A stretch of DNA of 64,000 bases from Tubiluchus corallicola (lineage: Eukaryota; Animalia; Priapulida): contig JAQGDQ010000389.1 in NCBI GenBank assembly GCA_030141605.1, forward strand, positions 15,653 through 79,652, given 5' to 3'. The translations under genes were made by a program, and so were the position numbers. The first letter of the stretch is position 1. Each line of letters opens with the position of its first letter. The notes under the pieces are model-generated. The model was not told the DNA's origin. It saw only the letters and a list, made by a program, of their open reading frames with translations, and did not search any database. Below are positions 12,530 through 24,045 of the stretch, in pieces.

Positions 12530-13518
12530 TAAAATTTTTTCCACACTTTCTAATTTTGTATGCATTTATAAGATTAAAACTCAACGTGTACTTTTTGTGT
12601 TATCATATATGATATGTAAACATATCCCATAATGCAATTCAATGTACCACAAAATAATGTGGCTGTTAGTTAGTTAAGTGCTTATAAAGTTGCTGTGCAT
12701 GTCTAAATGTTTAAAATATAAAAAAAGAAAAATACGGCAACGGTCAGGATCAATTACAGTTTCTTACACCATCGATACTTCCGAAAGTGTCCGTCTTTCT
12801 GTCTGTCCATTTGGTATCCACAATTTATTACAGATTTTCTCACATTTCTGAAACGGACGATCACCCATAAATGACTCCACAATCTTAGACTCTACAAAAT
12901 TAATCGAATTTAATTAACTTTCACTCGTTAAAGCTAATTATCTCCTGTTCTGGACCAAAAATGACAAAAAATGCTGCCAGAAGTGACTAAGTGAATTTGA
13001 AGTGGCTTTCTTATGGAAATGCTTGCTTACAAGGCTGGCACCATATCTGCTATACTGCAATGAAACTTACTAAACACAACTGCATTTCCATTGACCTAGT
13101 AAATGACAAAAATAATGTAATTACTAGCATGTCAGTTACAGAAAGTTATAAATGGATGAGGTAACTAATTTACATTTTGTTGGTATAAAACATGATCCAG
13201 AGCAAAGAGCGTAACATTCCTAGGGTATCTGATATTTCTTGAAATTTTAGGAAGCGGCCCAACAGACGGCGCATCAAGAACATCAGTTGTTGAAATAAAT
13301 CGTGTCACTACATATGCGGGTTCGGGCGACTTTTTTTCTTATTAAACTTCGGTTTCCCAGTCAAAAATCTATAAAGATCAACATACCGTCGACGTGTTGA
13401 CAAACTGGTGCAAAAACGCAAAACTTTGTTTTTCCAAAAGACAAAAAACCGATCAAGAATAATCTTGCGGCATCGATAAACAACGGTTCTTTGATGTTGA
13501 TCTGAACTAGAGGATATT

Positions 13519-13652
13519 AGCAAGCAATATGCCTGCTGAGTACTGCTACCACCCGAGTAAACCCGGACTCATTCCAGTCAAACATAGCAAGCAATATGCC
13601 TGCTGAGTACGGCTACCACCCGGGTAAACCCGGACTCATCCCAGTCGAACAT
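13519..13652. repeat. 67-bp tandem duplication
   Basis: agcaagcaatatgcctgctgagtac at 13519 and 13586. Confidence 0.9.
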
Positions 13653-14139
13653 CCCGGAGAGAGTGAAAAAACCTCCAAGCATTTTAGTAACATATTAAGT
13701 CACAAAACAAACAATTGAAACGTTAACTTTAACCGATGCTGGGATGCAAGCAATGCTAAAATGTCGTCTCTTTCTTGCGGAACTCATGGGGGGAGGGGCA
13801 TCTCTGGAATTTGAAGTGAAAATAAATAATTTTGCATCTGCTGAAAGTGACCTAAGTTTTGCACAACAAAAGACTACAACAAAACCGAGAATAAAGATAT
13901 AATATTAAGGCTTAATCATATGACGTCGTTAACATATGAAAACTTTCGTCCGATTCTTAATGGACGACAGGATGATTTTTCATATACTACCAAATCCAAT
14001 CAAAAATTTACATTTTAACACTAATAACACTGCAAAAACATTTACTGATAAGTAATAGGTTAAAAACTTAATTAACAGACGGCGAGCGCAACTAATGATG
14101 ACATCACAAACTAACATAATTTTCAACAGCAAAAATATT

Positions 14140-14560
14140 CCACAAGCGTGTTGCACATGTTTGTGAATGTGAAAATTGAAGTACAGTGCAATTGTAAGAT
14201 ATTTATTGTACTGTACTAAACTAGGCAAGTTTTAAGATAAAAATTCAAATTTCAAATTTACCGCTGTGCTCATGGATGAGCTGTCAAAAGTGTAGAGTTT
14301 GTCACAAACTACTACATCTGAACTGAGAGGTACAGCACCTGTTTTTTTGTGCAATGCGTTTACGAAATGCAGGCGCTAGTGCCCGTCTAACTAGCAAATG
14401 GCGAAGAGCATGTGACAGCGAAGAACTAGTGGCACGAACATAAAATTGCGTTTTTTATGTAATAATTCTTTCACGTAAGTCATTTTTGAAAAAACGGTAT
14501 GTTTCCTTTTAGCATTCGAAAGAATAGATTGTTTTGACTTACAGTTTAAGATTAGGTTCG
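14140..14560 (+). mobile_element. Interspersed repeat (Kolobok-like family 3); copies at ~24770-25055 (+) and ~45715-45850 (-)
   Basis: Shared gaaaattgaagtacagtgc and caagttttaagataaaaattcaaat.tcaaatttacc.ctgtgctca; the 25055 copy ends gttcct|ttaa. Confidence 0.6.
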
Positions 14561-16364
14561 GTTTTGTTTGAAGGCTTAAACGAATTTTGCCAATAAAATG
14601 GCTAAAAATATGAAAGAAAAATTTATAATCACAATTTAACCTTGCAGTAATGATAAGCAAAGCAATAACAACGTAAACAAGCCGGTAAAATTAGACATTT
14701 TGCAACGCAAATTTTACAAGTATCTCAATAAGTTCGTTCGGTGAAAATGCTAGCAGTATATGGCAGTTCATGAACACCACATATGCCATCGGCAACGAGA
14801 CTTTGCCAGGATTTTAAACGCTCATCTTGTTGGCAAATAAATACGGGGGGGAATGTATTGACAACTGCTTGATTGGCTGATCTACTTCACACATGGGGGT
14901 AAAAAAGAGAGGAAAACCCAAACAACCCCCAAACGCTAAGAGTTCACAATGTGGGCAGCAGACGAGCACTTAGCCATGTACAGTTACTGAAACCAATAGC
15001 CAACAGATACATACTGGGTGGAGTTACAGTTACTGGGCGGGCATCAACCGAAAAAGAGAAATAATTCAGATGAAATGAACAAGAAAGTGAATTTACGAGT
15101 AACAAACCAAGAAGGAAATACGCTTATGAATGATCTATGCATTTTTGCAATATAATTAGACGTGTTCTTACAGGCTAACATAGCCATTTTTAACGCACAG
15201 ATTTCAAGTTTAGGGATGCAGTTTGGGAACCAAAGTCACAGGAAAACAGTCAAGGAAAAAACAAACAAATTTGGCAAGGAAAAAAGGATACAGGAAAAAG
15301 TCGCAATTAATTTTGGCTAGGATTATAGGTTATGTTATCTGTTCTTCTCCATTTCCTCTTCTTCCTGTGACTTTTTTCCTAACTTTTTTACCTGGATTCA
15401 CAGAATTCAAGCATCAAACTGATTTGGTGTCATTGCTCCAGCAATCTAGGCTAACGGGATTGTTCCAGAATTCAATTCCTTGGTGGCTTACTAAAAGCAC
15501 ACCCATCATATTACTAAAATATAGTCCATTTACTTTACAGAATTTCTCTCTAAATTGTGTCTGCTTGCATTCTGGACACTCAAATTTCAGGCTTTTAATT
15601 TCGTAATGATTTTTTGGGCTTTAGTAATTACAGCATCATAAACGTACTAATTGTTTCCTTGTCTTTATTTTTCTACCATTAGAAATGGCACTTGCATCAA
15701 AACGACTCTCTGCACTCAATAAACAGCTGGCTAACAATATGACATCAAAGAACAAGAATATTAAATCTCTAAGAACAATGAAATATGATAACTGCATCAA
15801 AATCACACCAATGTTTAAGTTAGTGAAATTTAAAAATCCTCAAGACGAATATGGTACGTATACAGGACAAACAGAAAAGCTATTGACATGTACCAAGAGA
15901 AGGCACAGATAACATTTGATATATCAGCTGAGGAAATGCACTAAAACAAATATTTCACAACAAAACACAATAAGGACAGCACATGAAACCACTGTTCTCT
16001 TGACTGAACCACTTGGTAAAAGACTTGGCAAATTTTGGCATCTTTAAGGTCAAACTGCTTACAAACTGCACCAAAATAACTAAAACCTTCACACTTTCTT
16101 CTTCTATATTCTTGTGCATAATCACAACCAGCTAACGAAACGTGGAGGACTTCATCACTTCACAGCCTATATAATACACTAGCTATTGGTAAATTTCAGT
16201 CATAAATAACTAATAATTCATCATGAAAATAAACATTTCTAAGCACCGAAACAGCACATCAATTCCGGCTTCTAACAATCCAAGCCATGTGCTCATAGGC
16301 TGTAATAGCTCCCCCATAGTGAAGCCACAGCTCCGAGTTTAAGACAGCTATCATTACAATCCAT

Positions 16365-17190
16365 GAAGCCAGTTAAATGAAACCTAGTATTGGTAGAATA
16401 TGTCAAGGCCTTGTCAACTACTAAACTTATTTAACTCTATAGTTGTAATCTGTGAAACCAGTTAAATGAAACCTAGTGCTGGTAGACTACGGTCAAATCA
16501 CGTTGAAAACACTGGTTTTCATCTGATCACGGAAGTTAAGCAATGTAGAGCCTGGTTAGTGCTTGGATGGGTGACCGACTAGGAATACCAGGTGCTGTAG
16601 GCTTGCGGGATCCCCTCACTGTATCTCGACACTAGGCGGCGGAGCTGCACAAGCAGCCAACGGTTAGTGGGCGGAGGAGGTCAAGTGACCCAACGGCCAT
16701 GTGTAGAGGAGTAAACCTTCCAGATCAGGAGTGGAGACCCGAAGGCGGACCAGTGCAGTATGCTCAGTGACTCCAGCAGCTCCTGCAGCCAACCTGGTGC
16801 CAAACGTATCGCTCCGCTTTCCTTTGGACTACACCAGGGAGGAAGAGAGGGGGTTCCTGTTATCTGGGCAACTCAGGATCTCACTCTCTTGGCGCACATT
16901 CCATTGTCTTCCGAGACAGAAGGATGCCAACAATGCTGGTAGAATGTGTCAAGGCCTTGTCAACTACTGAACTTATTTAACTCTATAGTTGTAATCTACG
17001 AAGCCAGTTAAATGAAACCTAATGCTGGTAGAGTATGTCGACACCTTGTCAACTACTGAACTTATTTAACTCTATGAAGCCAGTTAAATGAAACCTAATG
17101 CTGGTAGATTATGTCGAAGCCTTGTCGGCTAGTGAAACTTATTTAATTCTGTAACTGTAAGCCACGAAGCCAGTTGAATGAAACCTAGCA
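16365..17190. repeat. ~90-bp minisatellite (~4-5 units) interrupted by the SINE insertion
   Basis: gaagccagttaaatgaaacct...ggtaga...ccttgtcaactact.aacttatttaactctat at ~16366, 16455, 17000, 17076 and 17167. Confidence 0.85.
16487..16933 (+). mobile_element. 5S rRNA-derived SINE, second copy (lacks a 97-bp internal block)
   Basis: 5S-like 16485-16604; same body as 2326-2872; tail CCAACAA; TSD tgctggtaga at 16477-16486 and 16934-16943. Confidence 0.9.
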
Positions 17191-17786
17191 CACTAATACA
17201 GAAGATGGTAAGGGCTCGTCATACGAAATTTAATATCACTAGAACACAACTAGAATATTATAAGTTGTCATGTTGTTATACATAAAAGTTGGCACATTCT
17301 TATACATGTAATAGCTCTTGCAAGACCCGAATTCTAACCTCATAATAATTCATGAAAACCACAGTCTGTGTGTTCGTTTCGTGTGAGAGAAAATTACAAG
17401 TGAAATTGTACTGTTAGCAAAACTGTAATTATAAACCAAAACCGAAATTTATGAAACATAGGAAACCGAAACGAAACCGAACCGAAATCATTTTTGCAAA
17501 ACTGGAAAAAATTCAGAAATAAATCAAATACTTTGTTTTTACTTGTTTGCTCTGATACAGATTTGATGAAGTAGCTAAGCAAAAATCTTAAGAAAATAAG
17601 TAGAATAATGTTTACGATTAAAGATCATTTAAAAATATTTTGCAAATATTTTGTTGTGATATTTCTTCAATGAAACTAAACTTGGTTTTATTGAAATTAT
17701 GCTTTGATATTTTGGTTCATTGTGCCTGGAGAGCTTGAAGCTTCAAAGTTGTCAGCATTGAAGATGTGCCGCATTGCCATATAAAC

Positions 17787-18242
17787 CAAGGGTGTGCAAA
17801 TTATCTGACTAGCCGGGCCACATTAAACTTTCCCGCAATTCCTGCGGGCCACAGGCAGTTTGATCAATGAGCCAAGTACAGAAAGGCCTAACAACGATTT
17901 TTTTTCAATCGACCTGCGTCATTAGTACTACACTCAAGAAACTATTTTCAAAGTTATTAAAATTTATATTACAAACCATATATTTCTACTTTCAGGACAG
18001 ATAGTGGTAATTTCATTACAATGCATATTAGTAATGTGTATCACACAGTCTGTGTAGTACAGCGACATGAAGCTACAACCGTCTTGTAAAGGTTAATGGC
18101 ATCCGATCTAGTAGAAAAAACTACCCGCACTATCTTTGGGATCGTGGCACAGACTTCAGCTGGATACACTCAATTAATCGCCCGGGCCGCACTTTCATTA
18201 GGTTGACAAATTTCTTCGCGGGCCGCCATTTGCACACCCCTG
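17787..18242. mobile_element. hAT(Charlie)-like MITE inserted into an older repeat
   Basis: TIRs CAAGGGTGTGCAAAT / ATTTGCACACCCCTG; subterminal cgggcc(a/g)c repeats. The flanks rejoin to match 1590-1640. The 8-bp TSD is degenerate (atataaac/tgataaag). Confidence 0.7.
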
Positions 18243-18649
18243 TGATAAAGCATGCTACAAATGGTACAAAAAATTAAATGAAAAATATATATGTTTTATT
18301 TCAGCTGTTTTAGTCAAAATTTTTCAGCAATCTTTAACATGTAGGGGAAAAAAATAGGAAAACTGGATAAATAAACTAAAATCTCTGCAAAAGTTTACCA
18401 AGAATTACCGGACATTTTGGCTACGAAATTTTAACAACATTCAACAAAACTGAACCGAAAGTGTAATTATAAGAAAATCCGAAACAAAATTTTCCTTTAC
18501 GTAATCTCACTCACAATTACATAAAACCAGCTGCTACAAGGGCATCTTTCATTAAATGTAGTTACCCAAATGTGAGCGATCAAGTGTGCGAGTGTGTTAG
18601 AGTGAGTGTGTGTGAGTGACTGAGTGTGTGAGTGTGAGTGTGTGAGAGA

Positions 18650-19112
18650 GATCATTTAATGCATTTCTGTTTTGTTTCTTAAATTTCAATTTTACCATTA
18701 ATCTGGGCAGCACCAAAACAAAATTTTCTTCTAGGTGATGTCCAGAGGCATACCAGTAGTCTCAATAAAAACTATATATTAATGTTTTTTCTTTGTAAAA
18801 TTTGTGTTAATTTAATGCTTGCTATATGAATTATCATTGTATGCTGCAATATTCAAATAGGCTTTTAATCAGTCTCACTAAACAGAATGAGGATTTTGAA
18901 TTTATTGCCAGATTTACCATGAGCATACAAGTTTACAATGATAAATTACACAGAAAGTATTAAATCACACAAATTTCCACACATTAATATATAATTTTTA
19001 TTGAGACTACTGGTATGCCTCTGGACAGAACCAGGAAGAAAATTTTGTGTTGGTGCTGCCTAAATTAATGGTAAACTTGGGAAAGAAAAACAGAAATGAA
19101 TTAAATAAATAA
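18650..19112. repeat. Fold-back element with ~200-bp inverted arms; one arm also at ~10960-11152
   Basis: gtccagaggcataccagtagtctcaataaaa (18740s) is the reverse complement of ttttattgagactactggtatgcctctggac (19000s). The same arm follows the (GT)n tract at 10960. Confidence 0.8.
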
Positions 19113-19163
19113 AAGACAATTAGGAACGAAAAAGAGGTAAATTCATGATTATCAATGTAAATA

Positions 19164-19675
19164 CATTCATATCTCGGTTTCCCGGACAAAGAGAGACTTC
19201 GGTCCAAATTTGTCAATAGTCCGTATTTACCGATACTAAGCTAATACAGTAGGTGCCGTGTATCAGACTCATGCTAACGTACAATCAATCGTTAATTGTC
19301 TCAAAAACGTCTAATACCGTTCCTAAGCAAAAGTATAAAAAAAACTGATGGCAACTGACCTAAATAACTCCGCATAAATGATTCTATATTCTTTCTGCAC
19401 ATTCTTAAATGAGACATTCTTGTGCGTGTCGTTACACGTTGCTTAGTTACACTGATGTAATGATGTAAACAAAGTGATGACCCGAGAACACGTCGTTACA
19501 CGTTGCTTAGTTACACTGATGTAATGATGTAAACAAAGTGATGACCCGAGAACTAGCGGTCAGCAAGCCAAACAACGGACGGCGTCCATACTATGCGGGA
19601 CTTTTTAACGCTCCAGTATTGACCGATTCTTCCAATATCCGTAAAAGTAAGGTCTGGCAAAGCGAGATATGAGTA
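19164..19675. mobile_element. TA-flanked MITE with TIR ..TCATATCTCGGTTT(G/C)CC(A/G)GA; internal 63-bp duplication at ~19427-19552
   Basis: TIRs at both ends; second copy at 20935-21328. Confidence 0.75.
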
Positions 19676-19822
19676 TATTGTTACATATAATGTAAACATT
19701 GGCTGTTCTATTGTTTACTTGTTCAAATGTTCAAAACGATTGACATCTGCATTTAAATCAAAAGCAAAATAAAAATTTAAAGTAGCGACAAAAATTCGAG
19801 ATAAACGTTATTCAGAAGATTC

Positions 19823-20142
19823 ACCACTCAGCAGTAGCCACACCTTTGACAAATCAAAGAATGAGTTTGATGATGAAGAGAATTTCAGACATGAGAAATC
19901 TGTCTACCGCCAACAATCAGCAGGTCTAAATAATTCAATGTATCCTGGTAACAGATGAACAACCTGTACACCAGAAAGATTTACCACTCAGCAGTAGCCA
20001 CACCTTTGACAAATCAAAGAATAAGTCTGATGATAAAGAAAATTTCAGACATGAGAAATCTGTCTACTGCATAACAATCAGCAGGTCTAAATAACTCAAT
20101 GTATACTGCTAACAGATGAACAACCTATACACCAGAAAGATT
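19823..20142. repeat. ~160-bp tandem duplication
   Basis: accactcagcagtagccacacctttgacaaatcaaagaat at 19823 and 19983. Confidence 0.9.
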
Positions 20143-20694
20143 TAAAAATTGGTATAAAATATTTCTAAATTTTCAAAGATGAAATTTCATTCTAGATGTA
20201 AAATGATATTGTAACAAGTATTGCAAAACAATGCAATTTTTCTGGCCAGAAAAGTGAATCATACATCTACTGCCATCTATACACGAAAAAATCAACTACA
20301 GCTTTCAGTTCTTCAGTAATCTTAGCAACTGAGGGAATGATGAAGTTAGTCAGACATTGTAATTGATAAATTCTTCAATCACATAGTGTAATTCACACAA
20401 CATTAAGTCTTGTTACTAGTAACAAAAATGCACCCAATGTTTTATGTGCATATGACAACAGAAAAAACCCGAAGGCTTTAATATTACTAAAACAGCAGAT
20501 TTTGCAACTAAAAACGCAACCAAGATTTTTGCGTCAAAAAATATTTCCGGGAAATACTTTCTCTATTGAACGAGTTTTCTAGGAAAAAATATTTTCTGGG
20601 AAACGAACCTAAACCATAAGAGTCAAGACTTCTCTTACGTGGGTGCTGGCTGCCATTAAGAATTCGTCCTCGCCATCACAAATCAGTCCATATT

Positions 20695-20809
20695 CATCTA
20701 ATTTCTACGCTTTTTTTGCATCTAATTTCTACGCTTTTTTTGCATCTAATTTCTACGCTTTTTTTGCATCTAATTTCTACGCTTTTTTTGCATCTAATTT
20801 CTACGCTTT
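20695..20809. repeat. 24-bp minisatellite x5
   Basis: Unit catctaatttctacgctttttttg. Confidence 0.95.
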
Positions 20810-20934
20810 TGCATTTCTCTTTACCCAGATTTCACTTTAGACAATGGCGCCAATGTCTTGTCATTTGCACGATTTGTTTTCCAAATCAAAGAATGCACAG
20901 AAATAAAACTTTATGTTGATCTTGAACCAACGTA

Positions 20935-21328
20935 CCCCCATATCTCGGTTTGCCAGATAAAGGTGGGGAGACGTCGGTCTGAATTTGATGACTGTCCATA
21001 TTTACCAATACTAAGCTAATACAGTAGGCACCGTTTATTAGACTCATGGTAATGCAGAATCAATCACCTAATTGTCTCAAATACGTCTAGTACAAACCGC
21101 GCCTATGCAAACTGTCGGCAATTGACTCAAATAACTCCGCATAATTGACTCTATATTTTTACATAAAGAGATACACACTTGTTTACACTGCTATAATGAT
21201 GTAAACAAAGTGATGGCCTGCTCGCAAAACAGCGGACTGTGTCCGTTATACAGAACTTTTTAACGGTCCAGATTTTGTCATATTTTTCAAAAATCAGAAG
21301 CGAGGTCTGGCACACCGAGATATGAGAG
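20935..21328. mobile_element. Second copy of the TA-flanked MITE
   Basis: ta|CCCCCATATCTCGGTTTGCCAGA ... TCTGGCACACCGAGATATGAGAG|ta; interior homologous to 19164-19675. Confidence 0.75.
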
Positions 21329-22234
21329 TATGACCACAAAGAACCAGTTTGTACTAAATACTTAATCAAACTTATTGTCCTGACCATCATTTGAAACTAG
21401 CTTGTAGTTAGAACATGCAGTTAGAAAGATACATTTATTCCATCAGCGCAGCTTCGTGTGTGATTAAAAATCATCTTCATCAACTTTAGTCATTGCAAAA
21501 CAAACTTTCTAATCTGAAACAGCTTCAATGTGATTCTCATGTGGGATTCATTATTGTAATTAAGATTTGAATTTCACTTATTTTACATCATACTTGTTAT
21601 TGTGCAAACTGAATGCACTGTGGCAGTGAGACAAAACAAGTGAATGAAAAAAATGCATGCTGCACCTTGACATGCATGCCAGCATGTGCATTTAGCATAA
21701 ACCCTGCAATGCAGCTGTAAGATCCAGACAAAAAAAGACAAAAACTTGGAATTCAAATGAAATTAGTATTAAAGCCTTTCAATATTAACAATTATTCAGT
21801 ATCACATCCTACAAACTTATATTTTAGACTTTTGTTTTTTCTGATGCGCATTATATACTTTATATTTGTTGATATCTTTGTTTTTCCCTGCTGTTTATTC
21901 CTTAATTGGTTGTTGTGTTTAATAAACGAATGTGTTATAAAAGTGTGCCAAAGTAAAAAAACGTTATTTAGTATTTTTTTCTGACCTTTTTTCACTTTTG
22001 CATCAACATGGTGCAGAGTGAGGTGAAGAAATGACGTTTCAATTTTTATAGTAAAAATTTTCTTATAAGTCTACGTTTTATTTATTTATATTATTAATTG
22101 TGTGTATTATTATATATTATATATTTATTTTATTTATAAATTGTTAATAAAAAAGTGCAGACTGCTAACTTATACGATGTCTCAAACACTAACATAATAA
22201 TTACACGCACAACAAAAATCATGCCACAACTTAC

Positions 22235-22313
22235 CTGACATTTGATTTGGTAAGCTAACTGGTGGCTCCATCTGTGAATACGACGGGTAGTTTTGCTGCA
22301 AATGATTAGCCAT
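22235..22313 (-). CDS. First coding exon of the Pro/Gly/Gln-rich gene (whole exon 22235-22357)
   Basis: Acceptor gtttgtag ending at 22358; ATG at 22313; MANHLQQNYPSYSQMEPPVSLPNQMS-G|gtaagt; phase 1 matches exon 3580-3752 across an 18.5-kb intron. Confidence 0.7.
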
Positions 22314-22558
22314 GATGAATTACTGCGGATGGCATTCGTAATGTAAACCTATATCACCTACAAACAACAAATATATTTTATCACTGAGAATAAGTGAAAA
22401 TAGTCTTACATGCTAAGCTAAACCAAAAAGCTTCATATCAAGACGTGTTAAAAATCAGAATGAAACTGCAGTAAAAAATGCATTTAACTGTAACAGTCCG
22501 TGATTTTTAGCTCACCTCAACAACCACTAATGTACAGTTAAAGTTTGAAGAAATTTAA

Positions 22559-23106
22559 AGAAAGACCAGAAGATTGTTTAGACTGGATGTCATTTTAATT
22601 TACTGTCCAAAATATACATTTTATTGCCTATAAAAGTTAACAATTGTTTCTTATATTTACATAATTAGCTTTGAAAGCTAATTAACGGCAACCAAACACA
22701 GCTACTGCTTACGTCACAAACTAACCACAGTTTGTGCAGTGGCAGGCATCTTAGCTTGCGCATAAAGGAAATTTGCATAAATGTTACAGTACTGCTTAAA
22801 TGAATGATCTCATGAAAATGGGTTTTGCATCATATAACGTCAGAAACTAACACTGCAGTTCATGATCATGGTTATCACGGTACCACCTTCTATTTGTCGG
22901 TCACGCGCATGTGACAAAAAGGCGCCGCTGCCAATCTTAGTAGATTCACTGAGCCGTGCATAGCTTTGAAAGTTTAACGAAATTTGAGTATCCGAGGTAA
23001 TTATTATTTAATCTAAGCTTTGACTTAACAAAAGCTGTTGTAGTTTTCAATATCTTAGAGCATTCTTTGTGCTGAACTAATGTTTACACAATCGTTCAGT
23101 TTTCCT
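22559..23106 (+). mobile_element. Kolobok-like MITE family 1, 548 bp
   Basis: TTAA on both sides; AG...CT termini; TIR AGAAAGACCAGAAGATTGT / ACAATCGTTCAGTTTTCCT; collinear with 33647-34195; partial inverted copy at ~24500-24676. Confidence 0.8.
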
Positions 23107-23440
23107 TTAAGGAAGTTAAAGAAGATCAATGCTTTAAATGAGTTTATAACCTAATTATGGGACTGATGTTTTTCCTGTATCAATTTGTTTAGATGGAAGA
23201 AATACAGAATTTCTAGATACAGTTTATGTGCTAAACAAAGCATTAACGCATATTTATGATCTATGTTTCTTCTTAACAACTTGATTAATCAACTATTCTA
23301 TAACACAATCAATTTTTTCCACATTTTTAGTTCAATGTTAGAATTTTTTTTTGGAAATTTCGTAATATTTAGCTATTTCAACTCGTCATTTGACCAAATA
23401 ATTTACGTTATTTTCCCTGCACAGCACACAAGCACATTCT

Positions 23441-24045
23441 TATATGGATTTTACACTATAGATACAAAAATAAGTATAGATTTCACACTATGGATATAAA
23501 AATAAATATTGATTTACACTATAGATACAAAAATAAATATGGATTTTACACTATAGATACAAAAATAAATAAGGATTTTACACTATAGATACAAAAATAA
23601 ATAAGGATTTTACACTATAGATACAAAAATAAATATGGATTTTACACTATAGATACAAAAATAAATATGGATTTTACACTATAGATACAAAAATAAATAT
23701 GGATTTTACACTACAAATACAAAAATAAATATGGATTTTACACTACAAATACAAAAATAAATATGGATTTTACACTACAGATACAAAAATAAATATGGAT
23801 TTTACACTACAAATACAAAAATAAATATGGATTTCACACTAGAGATACAAAAATAAATATAGATTTCACACTATGGATATAAAAATAAATATGGATTTAC
23901 ACTAGATATAAAAATAAATAAGGATTTCACACTAGAGATACAAAAATAAATATAGATTTCACACTATGGATATAAAAATAAATATGGATTTACACTAGAT
24001 ATAAAAATAAATAAGGATTTCACACTAGAGATACAAAAATAAATA
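23441..24045. repeat. 32-bp AT-rich minisatellite, ~19 copies
   Basis: Unit tatggattttacactatagatacaaaaataaa. Confidence 0.95.
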
